Positions 1 through 9,799 are shown, numbered from the stretch's first letter. The stretch is DNA of 64,000 nt from Syntrophomonadaceae bacterium (GCA_031553935.1 JAVBKS010000034.1:5034-69033), one strand, 5' to 3'. A program made the numbers and translations. Notes: a model not told the origin generated them from the sequence alone.

Positions 1-236
1 CTGTTAGTTTCGCTGGGATGATAAATGCTTATAGTTTCCATAAATACACCACCTCAATTTTCATATCCGAATAAGCTTTGCGTGACTTGTCTATAATTAT
101 CAACATTTGATGCATTTTGGCCTGCCCTGAATACAATACTTAGGACTGAAGTTGCCAATAAATTCTTCTAAACTAATTATAGGACCTTTAGAGTCATTTT
201 TATAGTACTTTTGGTCACAATTAGAGTCACTTTTTT

Positions 237-295
237 CGCATCGCAAGGTCACTCATAATGACTATCGGGGTCACTGTGAGTGACCTTGCGATGCG
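237..295. repeat. 19-bp perfect inverted repeat (CGCATCGCAAGGTCACTCA ... TGAGTGACCTTGCGATGCG) with a 21-nt spacer
   Basis: Arms read directly at 237..255 and 277..295. Both arms and the loop contain GTCAC/GTGAC cores. Confidence 0.8.
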
Positions 296-303
296 ATTAA
301 GCA

Positions 304-336
304 ATCTGCGCCGCCCGTTTGGCGAGCGGCGCAGAT
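304..336 (-). terminator. GC-rich stem-loop just downstream of the 360..2042 CDS (putative terminator, no clear U-tract)
   Basis: ATCTGCGCCGC (304..314) pairs with GCGGCGCAGAT (326..336), giving an 11-bp stem and 11-nt loop. It lies about 24 nt beyond the stop codon at 360. Confidence 0.4.
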
Positions 337-359
337 GATTATGTCAAAAATTCGTTTAT

Positions 360-2042
360 TTAGGGTTCGTAAGTTATCCTGATTTCTTGGGTGGCTTCTA
401 TCCACTCAACTCCGCAGCCAAGTTTCTCTGCGATAAAACGCAGAGGCATTAAAATTCTGCCATTGACAATGAGAGGTTTTATATCGGGATTATTAGGATC
501 GATAATGGTTTCAACTCCATTAACCATTGCCGTATTCTTTCCCATCCAGAGTTCAATCGTTTTTGCTCCTAAAATAATGCTGGATTTTTGCTCAATTCCG
601 TTCCAGCTTACTTCAGCACCTAAAGCTTCCGCTATATATCTGATAGGCATATAGGTGACACCATTGATTAAAGTCGGAGGCGCATCCATTGTTAAAGTTT
701 CGCCATTAATTGCGCAAACCATCGAATTTAGTTTGAAGACTGCTACTACTTTAGATGCTGGATGGTTTAACGCATCTTGTTCTTCCTTAATCTGATCATT
801 TGCAGCAGCGTCTACAATTTTGGCAGTACATTTAGCATCAGAATAGTTAATGGCTTTTACTGTTATGGGATAGCTCCCGGTTTTATCGATAATACTCTTT
901 TCTATGCGAATGTCACCCTGGCTAACTGTAAAACCATTCCCTCCAGGCAATAATATGCGGCCATCATAAACGACTTCTGTTATTACTTGGGCGTAAGCCT
1001 GATCATTAGTTCGTAAAAACAAATAATCTCCTGCTTTGCCGCTCATGGGCATAATTGCTGGAGGAGTGGCGTCTTTGATATTGCTTTTGATATTAACCGT
1101 ACATTTTGCATCTGGGTATTGCTGTGATTTAAGCGTAAGCATAAAAGTTCCTTCTACGGCTGGAGGCTGATTAATAGTGATAATATTCCAATTACAAGTA
1201 ATTTCTTTATTCGCTTTCGAAAAGGTCATTACATTAGCTCCCGAAACAATAACAGAGTTTACCGTATAAGCATAATCAGGTGTTTCAGCTATAATTACTA
1301 TCCTATTGCCTAGTTTAACGTCGGGAGCAAATACTTGGGGCTGCTTTTGCGGCCCTTTTAACTCAAGGTCTACTCCATTTGTATTCAGCTTGTTTTCGCC
1401 ATCGCGCCCTTTCACCTCTAGCTCGCAAATCCCATCACTAAAATTTGCAGCTTCAGTCTTCACAGTATACTTTCCTACACTGGTAAAGTATTTAGCCGGA
1501 ATGATAATTGTTCCTTTGGTTTTATCCATGGTATAATCGCCGATGCTCTTGTTATTAACCGTTAGCCCATCAACTAAGAGAATATAGATCGGCGGTTTAT
1601 CCATGATCTCGACTTCAGCATTCTGTCCCAAGATGATGTCTGGGGCTTCGATATTGGGAGCTGCGCCATACCCTACATTTAAAGAACAACTGGTATCAAA
1701 ATATCCAGGCGCTTTGAGTACGACCTTAATCGGCCCGGAAATAGTATTATATATTATTATATCCGCGCCACTAACCCCGAAGCCGGAGAACTCCTCCTTT
1801 ATCTTCTTCTGACCGTTGACTTCGACTTCAGTAACCGCATTAGCATAAGTCGAATTGCCGGTTTTAACTATTACTTCCTCACCATAGGCAACATCTGCAG
1901 CCGAAATAGCCGGTGCAATTTTTACTACCGGCAGCTTGACACCTGTTTCAATTGGCTTAAGTTCAAGTGCCCATGCCCTGCCTGACAAAACGCAGCTAAA
2001 TAATAACATCATTATGACTAAAAACATACTCTTTACTCTCAT
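360..2042 (-). CDS. Secreted repeat protein with C-terminal copper-amine-oxidase-N-terminal-like (stalk) domain
   Basis: The track ORF is 360..2069. An AGGAGGG RBS lies 5 nt before the internal ATG at 2042, which yields the signal peptide MRVKSMFLVIMMLLFSCVLSGRAWA. There are four tandem repeats of about 95 aa, ending GYFDTSCSLNV, ANFSDGICELEV, QYPDAKCTVNI and NYSDAKCTAKI. The C-terminal tandem INGVTYMPIRYIAEALG / VNGRILMPLRFIAEKLG is typical of Cu_amine_oxidN1-like domains. Confidence 0.75.
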   Translation of the reverse strand: MRVKSMFLVIMMLLFSCVLSGRAWALELKPIETGVKLPVVKIAPAISAADVAYGEEVIVKTGNSTYANAVTEVEVNGQKKIKEEFSGFGVSGADIIIYNTISGPIKVVLKAPGYFDTSCSLNVGYGAAPNIEAPDIILGQNAEVEIMDKPPIYILLVDGLTVNNKSIGDYTMDKTKGTIIIPAKYFTSVGKYTVKTEAANFSDGICELEVKGRDGENKLNTNGVDLELKGPQKQPQVFAPDVKLGNRIVIIAETPDYAYTVNSVIVSGANVMTFSKANKEITCNWNIITINQPPAVEGTFMLTLKSQQYPDAKCTVNIKSNIKDATPPAIMPMSGKAGDYLFLRTNDQAYAQVITEVVYDGRILLPGGNGFTVSQGDIRIEKSIIDKTGSYPITVKAINYSDAKCTAKIVDAAANDQIKEEQDALNHPASKVVAVFKLNSMVCAINGETLTMDAPPTLINGVTYMPIRYIAEALGAEVSWNGIEQKSSIILGAKTIELWMGKNTAMVNGVETIIDPNNPDIKPLIVNGRILMPLRFIAEKLGCGVEWIEATQEIRITYEP

Positions 2043-2117
2043 GTATTCCCTCCTTCTAGTCAAAACCATCTGCCAGTATGAATGCTAACAAAATCCTTCA
2101 ATAAAATTATAAATTTT

Positions 2118-2195
2118 GGCAAGTCACTCTAAAAGTGACTATGGTCACCAAAAACAGTCACTACTTTTTTATTAGTAGTCATTTCTTGTGACTTG
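2118..2195. promoter_or_regulatory. Array of GTCAC/GTGAC half-sites upstream of the 360..2042 gene, including the perfect palindrome AGTCACT-CTAAA-AGTGACT
   Basis: Palindrome at 2122..2140, GGTCACC at 2143..2149, AGTCACT at 2157..2163, AGTCATT at 2177..2183, TGTGACT at 2188..2194. A matching array lies downstream of the gene at 191..285. Confidence 0.45.
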
Positions 2196-2402
2196 ATGTC
2201 TGGTTTTGGCTAATTATGCTATTTATTTGGAGGTAATCGTCCGAAAACTTGTTTTTTGCATATATTTCTTGGCCGTGAAATAATAACCAAAACTCTTTCC
2301 CGACTGCACCGGCTCTGTTACAATTAAACTATACGGATCTGAACTTCGTAGCAGTAAATTAAATCTCTCCATTTAGATCCAAAATTAAGGGAGATAAATG
2401 AA

Positions 2403-2960
2403 ATGAATTTTTTTCGTGAATTTATCAGAAATCCTCTTACCATCGGCGCGATAGCCCCCAGCAGCAAAATTCTGTGTCAGCAAATGTTGTCTGATATCGA
2501 TTTCGCAAGCTGTAATTGTATTGTCGAATACGGTCCCGGCACTGGAGTTATTACTCAAGAAATTATCAATAAAAAACCTAGAAAAACTAAGTTCTTGGCA
2601 GTGGAAAAAAATCCTCTTTTCTATAATGAATTAAGTGAGCGCTTCGCCAATTTCGAAAACGTACATATTATTAATGGCAGCGCTGAGCAAACTGCCCATT
2701 ACTTACGCGAATTACATATCAAGAGCGCAGACTATATTATCTCTGGACTTCCTTTCACAGTCTTGCCTGAAGAAGTTGCTAGCAATGTTTTGAGCGCAAC
2801 CAGTAGTATTATGCACCAGGGATCACAATTCGTATTATTTCAGTATTCGCCGCTATTTCGCAGCCGCTTACACATCGATTTCCACCTCAGGAACGAAAAA
2901 TTGATATTGAGAAATATTCCTCCAGCTTTCGTTTATAATCTGCAAAAGAAAAATGCCTGA
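2403..2960 (+). CDS. Class I SAM-dependent methyltransferase (phospholipid N-methyltransferase-like, COG3963 type)
   Basis: 185-aa ORF. The N-terminal FFREFIRNPLTIGAIAPSS segment and the VEYGPGTGVIT SAM-binding glycine loop support the call. Confidence 0.65.
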   Translation: MNFFREFIRNPLTIGAIAPSSKILCQQMLSDIDFASCNCIVEYGPGTGVITQEIINKKPRKTKFLAVEKNPLFYNELSERFANFENVHIINGSAEQTAHYLRELHIKSADYIISGLPFTVLPEEVASNVLSATSSIMHQGSQFVLFQYSPLFRSRLHIDFHLRNEKLILRNIPPAFVYNLQKKNA

Positions 2961-3109
2961 AATTTTCGTTAAGGTGGGGAGAAATGCATTTGGCATAAAT
3001 ATTTCAGGTGGGAAAGGATTGTTTTGATAAGTGGCGAGCCCTTTCAATTGTATATATGAAACTACTATGTGTAAGATAAGTGTCGAGGGGGAACAGTAAA
3101 AAAGATTGA

Positions 3110-3553
3110 TTAACGCTCAAGATGAAGTATGGGAAAAGGTCTGCCTTGCTCGTCATATTCTGACCGACTAATTACATGAAATCCCATGTGTTCGTAAAAG
3201 CCAAACCCTTGCTTGTTCTGCTCGTTAACATCAACAAACTTTGCACCCAAACTTTCAACAGCATAATTCAAAAGCTCTTTGCCAATGCCCTTCCCTCTGG
3301 CACTATCGTCAATGAAAAGCATTTCGATCTTGTAGTTTGCGACACCTATAAAGCCTTGCAAGATACCGTTTTCATCACTAAATCCATACAATTGCTCAAT
3401 TGCCTTTAGTGCTTCCTGTACTTCAGGCTTAATTTGGGCAATATCGTTATTAGAAAGAAATGTATGAGTTTTCTTTACAGCGGATTCCCAAATATCGAGC
3501 AAACGGGCTATTGTTTGTCTATTAAGATTCATCAACAAATTAATTCTATCCAT
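3110..3553 (-). CDS. GNAT family N-acetyltransferase
   Basis: 147-aa ORF with the acetyl-CoA motif ARGKGIGKELLNYAVE and the C-terminal FYEHMGF signature. Confidence 0.8.
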   Translation of the reverse strand: MDRINLLMNLNRQTIARLLDIWESAVKKTHTFLSNNDIAQIKPEVQEALKAIEQLYGFSDENGILQGFIGVANYKIEMLFIDDSARGKGIGKELLNYAVESLGAKFVDVNEQNKQGFGFYEHMGFHVISRSEYDEQGRPFPILHLER

Positions 3554-3629
3554 CTCTATGCTCCGTTCATTTTTGAATAATAATTAAACAGCGACTCCAA
3601 GCCGCATGTGGTTCAGAGTCGTTTCTACA

Positions 3630-4235
3630 TTACTGTTTCTTCATGCTTTTCGTCTTCTTTCCGGCTCGATCGAGAATGTCCTCCGCCACATATGGATAAA
3701 CAGAAAAGGCTTCCTTCAAAAAATCAGGTGTTCGCTCAAAAAGATGCTCATTAAGATATTCTGAAGTCATGTCATTCCCAAATAGCCACTCCCGGAACAT
3801 GCCCATGACGCCATAGGTATGGTATTTGACGGCAAATTCCTGATCCGCCGTCAGAGGATTACCTGTATGGTACATAACAGCATCTCGTGCAATCTGCACA
3901 TTGAAGGTTTGCAGATATCCTGCAATGGAGTTCTGAGAATGATCATCAAAGGCCTTCTGATAGAAAGTTCTTCGTTTTGCCATGCGTATTGTGGCTTGAT
4001 TCAAACCACCGATGGTATAACTTGGGTCTTTATCGCCAAATGTTCCCGAAAAATCCTGCAAAAACATCCATGCAACCAGCTCGTACTTGTCATGAAAATA
4101 ATAGTAAAATGTCGAAGTTGTAGCCCCACACAGCTCGCATAGCTTTGCGACACGAACCTTTTCAAGTGGCATAGAACGGAGCATTTTTTCCAGCCCATCA
4201 GCAAACATAATTTTTGTACGGTCTTTCATCTGCAT
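3630..4235 (-). CDS. TetR/AcrR family transcriptional regulator
   Basis: 201-aa ORF with the N-terminal HTH VRVAKLCELCGATTSTFYYYFHDKYEL. It is divergent from the nitroreductase gene. Confidence 0.8.
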   Translation of the reverse strand: MQMKDRTKIMFADGLEKMLRSMPLEKVRVAKLCELCGATTSTFYYYFHDKYELVAWMFLQDFSGTFGDKDPSYTIGGLNQATIRMAKRRTFYQKAFDDHSQNSIAGYLQTFNVQIARDAVMYHTGNPLTADQEFAVKYHTYGVMGMFREWLFGNDMTSEYLNEHLFERTPDFLKEAFSVYPYVAEDILDRAGKKTKSMKKQ

Positions 4236-4285
4236 AGCAACAATCTCCTTTTATTGGCAATTCTTATGATAATGCAAAATCACAA

Positions 4286-4310
4286 GAAAATCAAACGATA
4301 TCGCATTTTC
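4286..4310. promoter_or_regulatory. Imperfect palindrome GAAAATCAAACGATATCGCATTTTC in the TetR/nitroreductase divergent intergenic region (candidate TetR operator)
   Basis: A central perfect 8-bp palindrome CGATATCG is flanked by AAAAT/ATTTT. It sits between two divergent genes. Confidence 0.3.
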
Positions 4311-4372
4311 AATTAAAGATTTTTATTTTGCTCGCGGTATAATTTAGACAGAGAGCAAAAGGAGGCATTCAG

Positions 4373-4891
4373 ATGTATACGCATTTTTTAGAATTGGCTG
4401 AGGACCGTTACTCGGTTAGAAAATATTCGAATCAGCAGATTGAGCCGGAACAGATGAAGCGAATTCTCCGTGCCGGACAGGTTGCACCCACAGCAGCGAA
4501 CAAACAGCCCCAGAGGATATTCGTTCTTCAGAGCGAGGAAGCTCTGGAAAAAGTCAAAACTCTTACTCGCTTTGATTTCAATGCCCCCACCGTTCTTCTG
4601 ATCTGTTCGGACAGTAGTCAGTCGTGGAAGGCAAAAGATGGTCACGATTCTGGTCCCATCGACTGTGCTATTGTCACTACGCATATGATGCTGGAAGCCT
4701 TTGATGAAGGGATTGGCTCCTGCTGGGTGCGGGGTTTTGACCAGAACGATGTTAGCAAAGTCTTTGGATTGCCAGACCATTTGGAGCCTGTGGCAATGCT
4801 TCCGATTGGATATCCGGCAAAAGATTCGCATCCTTGGCCAGGAGCACATGACAAACGACTGCCGATTGAAGAAACAGTAACTTATTTATAA
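4373..4891 (+). CDS. Nitroreductase family protein
   Basis: 172-aa ORF. RYSVRKYSNQQIE ... ILRAGQVAPTAANKQPQRIFVL is typical of FMN nitroreductases. GGAGG RBS upstream. Confidence 0.8.
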   Translation: MYTHFLELAEDRYSVRKYSNQQIEPEQMKRILRAGQVAPTAANKQPQRIFVLQSEEALEKVKTLTRFDFNAPTVLLICSDSSQSWKAKDGHDSGPIDCAIVTTHMMLEAFDEGIGSCWVRGFDQNDVSKVFGLPDHLEPVAMLPIGYPAKDSHPWPGAHDKRLPIEETVTYL

Positions 4892-4908
4892 GATAGGAGT
4901 GTAAGATT

Positions 4909-5547
4909 ATGAAAACGATTATTATAAACGCAAGCCCTAGAAAAGACGGGAACACGGCACAACTTTTGAAGGAAGCGCAGAAAGGCTCAGAATCTGTTGG
5001 TGCAGCAGTGGAGTATATTGACCTTTATGATCTGACTTTTACAGGCTGCACGAGTTGTCTCGCCTGCAAACGCAAGGGTGCGGAACGAAACAAGTGCTAT
5101 TGGCAAGATGCCCTCTCTCCACTGATTGACAGGATTCTTGCCGCCCATGCTGTGATTATCGGCTCTCCAATCTTTATGGGACAGCCGACCGCATATTTCC
5201 GCGCGCTTTTCGAAAGGCTTGGATTCTGTGTACTCTCCTACGACGGAGGAGAACTCAGCTATTATGGTGGCAAGCTCAATGTAGGCTTTATCTACACCAT
5301 GAATACACCCACGGATTACTATGAGAAGAATTTGCGTCCAGTGCTGCAAGTAACGGAAAGCACCAGTGGTATGTTCTTCAAGGGGCAGGTGAAATCTTAT
5401 GCATCCTGTGACACATTGCAGGTCAAAGACTACAGCAAATACAGCATGGGCGCATTTGATGAGGAAGCGAAAAAAAAGCATCGTGAAGAACAGTTTCCTG
5501 CAGATCTTGAGGAATGCTACCAATTGGGGGCGGAATTAAGCAAATGA
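4909..5547 (+). CDS. Flavodoxin-fold NADPH-dependent FMN reductase / iron-sulfur flavoprotein-like
   Basis: 212-aa ORF. MKTIIINASPRKDGNT is the N-terminal flavodoxin-like loop, followed by the CTSCLACK cysteine cluster. Confidence 0.7.
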   Translation: MKTIIINASPRKDGNTAQLLKEAQKGSESVGAAVEYIDLYDLTFTGCTSCLACKRKGAERNKCYWQDALSPLIDRILAAHAVIIGSPIFMGQPTAYFRALFERLGFCVLSYDGGELSYYGGKLNVGFIYTMNTPTDYYEKNLRPVLQVTESTSGMFFKGQVKSYASCDTLQVKDYSKYSMGAFDEEAKKKHREEQFPADLEECYQLGAELSK

Positions 5548-5846
5548 ATAAGATTTTTAATTTTGAACGGCTCGCCACGCAAGAGCGGAAAACCGATTCT
5601 CCTATCAGAGCGTTTACCGAGGGTGCGAAATATGAAGCTTTGCCAGATTACACCCCCTAAAGATTTTTCTATTTGCTCAATGGAAAGCGAGCCTTGTTCT
5701 TGTCCGGCTTTTCCCCCTTCTGCCAGTTGCGATAGTAGTTTCAAAATACCATTATCTATAGCAGCTGCGCAAATCAAGTGTCAAGCGTTTGAAGTGTCAA
5801 AGGAAACGTAGCGTTTTCTAAGTTATCCATAAGCCCTACTCATACT

Positions 5847-5980
5847 CGTTTTCTATAATCGCCTTTACCATTTTTACATAAGTTATCTTAATCGGTTCAT
5901 TTTGCATAATGGTTATGGGTTTGGAACCTGGTTTCCCAAAAGTCCAATGACTGCTGCCAATGTAACTCAAGGTACCGATC
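5847..5980. repeat. Copy 1 of a ~133-bp dispersed direct repeat (intact short reading frame on the minus strand)
   Basis: It aligns by eye to 6877..7008 at roughly 85-90 percent identity. The minus strand reads (V)GTQKIGTLSYIGSSHWTFGKPGSKPITIMQNEPIKITYVKMVKAIIENEYE-stop. Confidence 0.8.
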
Positions 5981-6013
5981 TTTTGAGTACCCACTTACCA
6001 TCACCTAGTGCTG

Positions 6014-6679
6014 TCACAGACCCAGATCTATAGTTTCTTCTATCATTTTATCATCTGGCTTAATCCAATATATTACACGTAGTTTTCTCCCATTATCTAT
6101 AAACTCTGCTGTGCTTGGCATAGTATAAACAAAAAGTGAAAAATCTCTGTAAATCTCTTTATGGTAAATTGCTGGATCAAACATGTTTTGAACAATCAAG
6201 ACCCAGTTTTTCTCCTCTCCTTGCAAAGTAAAATATGCAACTAACTCTCCATTTACTTGTACTGGCTTTTCAAAAAACCTTGAAACTCTACCATTCGAAA
6301 CATCATAATAACGCCGTTGCCACACTGGACCACCGTGTCCATAATCTAGTTCCAAAATGTCATCCCGTACCTCAAAACCGAAACTACCGCGCCAATCATG
6401 ATATCCTTCATCAATTACATTTCCATCATTATCTTTAACATAATAGTGATACCCAGTTTGAGCGCTATCGGTAAATATTTCATAATTGTTGCCCTTCTCA
6501 ATAGAGATATCAAGGGTGTTCATGTAGTTCCATACATTACCTTTTTCGTCGACGTTGTATTTTGCTTCTAGATCTTTGTTTTGGTCTGGCTCCTTTAACA
6601 TTTGGTTACTCCTGACATAGTATGCAGATAAATAAACTGTCAAAATCATTAATAAAAATAAAAATAACTTATTTGCCAT
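6014..6679 (-). CDS. Hypothetical N-terminally membrane-anchored extracytoplasmic protein
   Basis: 221-aa ORF with an AGAGGTGA RBS and the N-terminal anchor MANKLFLFLLMILTVYLSAYY. I recognise no family. Confidence 0.6.
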   Translation of the reverse strand: MANKLFLFLLMILTVYLSAYYVRSNQMLKEPDQNKDLEAKYNVDEKGNVWNYMNTLDISIEKGNNYEIFTDSAQTGYHYYVKDNDGNVIDEGYHDWRGSFGFEVRDDILELDYGHGGPVWQRRYYDVSNGRVSRFFEKPVQVNGELVAYFTLQGEEKNWVLIVQNMFDPAIYHKEIYRDFSLFVYTMPSTAEFIDNGRKLRVIYWIKPDDKMIEETIDLGL

Positions 6680-6876
6680 TTTTCACCTCTTGCTTGCCAT
6701 AAACTCTTACCCATTCCATATTCATTATCAGAAGTGTCAAGGGGACATTTCTGTTGAAACCCTCATCCGATAAATCGATCGCATTACTGGAATCATTCAA
6801 TGAAATATTTTGAAAGTATAAGTGTCAATAGAAACGTCAGACTGACAGTACGTGTTCTACGTTATTCATGAGCAAT

Positions 6877-7008
6877 CGTTTTCTATAATCGCCTTAACCA
6901 TTTTTACATTAGTTATCTTAATCGGTACTTTTGCGGAATGGTTATGGGTTTGGAATCTGGTTCCCCAAAAGTCCAATGACTGCTGCCAATGTAACTCAGG
7001 TACCGATC
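6877..7008. repeat. Copy 2 of the ~133-bp dispersed repeat (frame disrupted, decaying copy)
   Basis: Same sequence as 5847..5980 with small indels. The minus-strand frame reads LSYIGSSHWTFGEPDSKPITIPQKYRLR-stop. Confidence 0.8.
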
Positions 7009-7014
7009 AATCAT

Positions 7015-7090
7015 TTGAAATTTTTGATCGGGATTATAATTGTGCCTCAAAATCCTTTTAAGTTTACGGGATATCTATATTCCCACCCCA
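7015..7090. repeat. Copy of a second ~78-bp repeat module overlapping the 3-prime end of the 7047..7964 CDS
   Basis: TTTTGATCGGGATTATAATTGTGC ... CCTTTTAAGTTTACGGGATATCTATATTCCCACCCC matches 9800..9878. Both encode (L/E)(G/E)WEYRYPVN(L/I)K on the minus strand. Confidence 0.7.
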
Positions 7091-7964
7091 GTCTTTTCAG
7101 TTCCATAGAAGTTTGGAAAATGCACAACTCTTTATATCTTTCTACAATATACTTGTAATTCTCCGTATCAGCATCAGTAAACTTGTCATCATAATATTTA
7201 GTCCCTTCATTCCCCATGCTCATTTCTAGTATCCAGCCATTGTCAGTTGGACCTTCAATTACAACGAAGACTTTATTGTCATGGTCTCGAAAATTTCTTA
7301 CATAAAGTTGGTATGACCCTGGAACGAAAGCATTTTCGAAATCACTGCTTTTTCTATTAGCCTCAAAACTCTTCTCGATCTCTTTCATAGCTGCTTCAGC
7401 AATTTTTTGCCCAATTTGTTTGCGATCCTCATCTACATTTGGATAAATCGGCTTATAAAATTGCCCAAACTGGATAGAATTTGACTGCAGGTAATGATAA
7501 TTATTGCTGTCGAACTGTTCTTTCAATCTTTCATAGCTATAACTAGGTGAATAGCCAAATAATCTATACTCTCCATTATGTTCCGAAACATTAAGCGCAT
7601 TATAGACAAAATACTTCAGGTATGACTTTTCCTTCAAAAGCAAGCTGTAGGTAGTATCTACTGAATTAGCTTTAGTTTGATGATAATATATATCATAGGA
7701 AAAACTCATATTTTCCAATTCTTCGTAAATTGAATAAGGTCCTCTAAACCAATTGAAATCATTTATATCCCTTAACACTGCCGCATTTAACTTTTCCAAT
7801 TCGTCACGATCAAGAACATAGTCTACTGCACTTCTCTCATTAGTCGAAATAGCTGAACTATTCTCAGTTGTGTTAACTTCTTGCCGTTCTTTACAACTAA
7901 ATAAATTAAGTATTAAAAAGGATAAAACGATGAAACTTTTGAGTTTCTTTCTCTTTAAAGACAT
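7047..7964 (-). CDS. Hypothetical lipoprotein
   Basis: The track ORF is 7047..7979. A GGGGAGA RBS precedes the ATG at 7964. The signal MSLKRKKLKSFIVLSFLILNLFSC contains a lipobox (LFSC). I recognise no family. Confidence 0.6.
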   Translation of the reverse strand: MSLKRKKLKSFIVLSFLILNLFSCKERQEVNTTENSSAISTNERSAVDYVLDRDELEKLNAAVLRDINDFNWFRGPYSIYEELENMSFSYDIYYHQTKANSVDTTYSLLLKEKSYLKYFVYNALNVSEHNGEYRLFGYSPSYSYERLKEQFDSNNYHYLQSNSIQFGQFYKPIYPNVDEDRKQIGQKIAEAAMKEIEKSFEANRKSSDFENAFVPGSYQLYVRNFRDHDNKVFVVIEGPTDNGWILEMSMGNEGTKYYDDKFTDADTENYKYIVERYKELCIFQTSMELKRLGWEYRYPVNLKGF

Positions 7965-8039
7965 ACTCGATCTCCCCATCTATTATGGCCATAGGTAAAA
8001 TGACATTACTGTTTCCAGGCTTCAAACCATTAACACCAG

Positions 8040-8645
8040 TTATTCTATCTTTTCTAAGCGGTACAGACCATTTTGCCTAAACCACTCTCCTCCCCAAATG
8101 TAAGCATCTTCCTTTGATGAGAAAATTCTATCTGGGATATATATTTGCAGATATATACCAAATTCAGCATGTTTGGTCTCATCAAGTGCATCGACGAAAC
8201 TTAAATAAATAAAATTTTCACCTAAGTCTAGTATCCTTGGAAATGGACAATCTTCGTTGTTCGATACTTCACTATATTTTAGATTTTTTATTTTGTTGTA
8301 TTTGTATTCCACATTGTCAAAGTACACAGTCAAATCATCTTTTATGACTAAGTATTTCCCCCTCATTTCCCTCTCAGGTTCATCAGTTCCAAATGGGTGT
8401 CTAGAACCAAATAAATACTCCTTCACTTCATACCTTCCAACCGCTCTCTTTATGCGTTCTAAGCTTTTTTCCTTATGTATTGCCAAATCTTCTTCTAACA
8501 AAACATCGATTTGTTCAAAATTATTGCTCGTCTTTTTGATTTCACCGCTCACTTCTACTTTTGAACAAGATATAGTCGAAAATAGCGAGATTGCCAATAC
8601 CAGGCTAATAATAGGGTTGATTGCTTTTAATCTAATATTTTTCAT
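8040..8645 (-). CDS. Hypothetical lipoprotein
   Basis: 201-aa ORF. The signal MKNIRLKAINPIISLVLAISLFSTISC contains a lipobox. Confidence 0.6.
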   Translation of the reverse strand: MKNIRLKAINPIISLVLAISLFSTISCSKVEVSGEIKKTSNNFEQIDVLLEEDLAIHKEKSLERIKRAVGRYEVKEYLFGSRHPFGTDEPEREMRGKYLVIKDDLTVYFDNVEYKYNKIKNLKYSEVSNNEDCPFPRILDLGENFIYLSFVDALDETKHAEFGIYLQIYIPDRIFSSKEDAYIWGGEWFRQNGLYRLEKIE

Positions 8646-8814
8646 GCTAATACTTGTATACCCTCTCCGATTGTATTTCTGCTTGAACTACTTTCCCAAG
8701 CTCATTCATCCAATTGTTGCTGTTATTAATGTGGTCAACTTTATGTCTCTCACCGAGCGTCAACAAGTTGTGTTGTTGTCGCCATCTTCGTTAATTGAGC
8801 GAACATTGTCAATA

Positions 8815-9585
8815 TTATGGCGCTTTCTTTAGTGTATAGAATGCACCATCCATAAGAAAATAAAATTTGTTATCCGAAGATAGGACAAGTGTTGCTGATT
8901 CATAATGAGCAGGTTGAAGGTCTTCACCCTTTCTTATAAAGAATTTTATATAAAGAACAGGGTATTCAACCCAAAAATCTTTAGTTATTGTCGTGGCATC
9001 TACAAATACTGGATAATTATCACTAGATCTATCAATACTCAACACAATATTCACTGGACTTGGATCCCATCCTTCTACAAAAATGCAATTTGCGCTAGTG
9101 TCTTTCCAATTATCAAGAAATTTTATTTCTTTTACTGAAAAACAATTTGCAGGCTTTTTACTCTTGGCATTCTCTACTTTTTTCTCATATTCCAAAATTA
9201 ACTCTTTATTAGACAATTCATCTTTATGATATTTACTATCATATAAGTCAGGATAATATATTGTGGAATCAACGAATCCTACGTACTCTCCAATATACCA
9301 AACGCCTTTAATTTGGTTCATGATTTGATCTATCTCTTCCAATTCCCACCTGTTATCATCTAAATGTCCCACACCATAAACTTCATTATTTATTCTATCT
9401 TCGTTAATAGATAAAGTTCTTTTCCCTAGCAGATTAATATCAATAGAATTATTTTGAATATTCGAGGAAGTATTAGTTTTCGAATTAATACTATGCGAAA
9501 TAAAATCATTGCCAATTCTGCTAAAAGCAAAAACCATCATAGAAAAAGCGATCGTTACCATTATAAATAGTATTTTTCTATTCAC
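8815..9585 (-). CDS. Hypothetical N-terminally membrane-anchored protein
   Basis: The track ORF starts with TTG at 9615. A GAAGGAGA RBS sits 7 nt before the GTG at 9585, giving (M)NRKILFIMVTIAFSMMVFAF as the anchor. Confidence 0.55.
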   Translation of the reverse strand: MNRKILFIMVTIAFSMMVFAFSRIGNDFISHSINSKTNTSSNIQNNSIDINLLGKRTLSINEDRINNEVYGVGHLDDNRWELEEIDQIMNQIKGVWYIGEYVGFVDSTIYYPDLYDSKYHKDELSNKELILEYEKKVENAKSKKPANCFSVKEIKFLDNWKDTSANCIFVEGWDPSPVNIVLSIDRSSDNYPVFVDATTITKDFWVEYPVLYIKFFIRKGEDLQPAHYESATLVLSSDNKFYFLMDGAFYTLKKAP

Positions 9586-9799
9586 TTCGCTATCTCCTTC
9601 ATCAAGTAGTCGCAAACCATATTTATAAATATCATATTCTCTCTTTTCTTCCTTTTAATCCAGGATTTTTGTCTACATAGGCTTGAGCAACAAGTACCAA
9701 AGTGACACATCTATTGGCAACATGTTGTAATTTTTCACTGGATAGGAAGTCGAGAAAAACGCCCAGCGACTGACATCTATTATCATGTTCTTTCTGGAG

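Noticed and set aside
1-41. Possible start of a minus-strand gene running off the left edge (GAGGTGG RBS then ATGGAAACTATAAGC...)
   Set aside because: Only 13 codons are visible. That is too little to support a call.
5517-5811. 86-aa minus ORF and 82-aa plus ORF downstream of the flavodoxin-like gene
   Set aside because: The minus ORF overlaps the 3-prime end of the convergent flavodoxin-like CDS by 30 nt. It lacks an RBS and has no recognisable domain. The region more likely holds degenerate remnants and the GTGTCAA motif copies.
8257-8832. 191-aa plus-strand ORF antisense to the lipoprotein genes
   Set aside because: It spans two minus-strand genes and their intergenic region. It is Leu/Phe/Ser-rich, as expected from AT-rich antisense translation, and it has no RBS.
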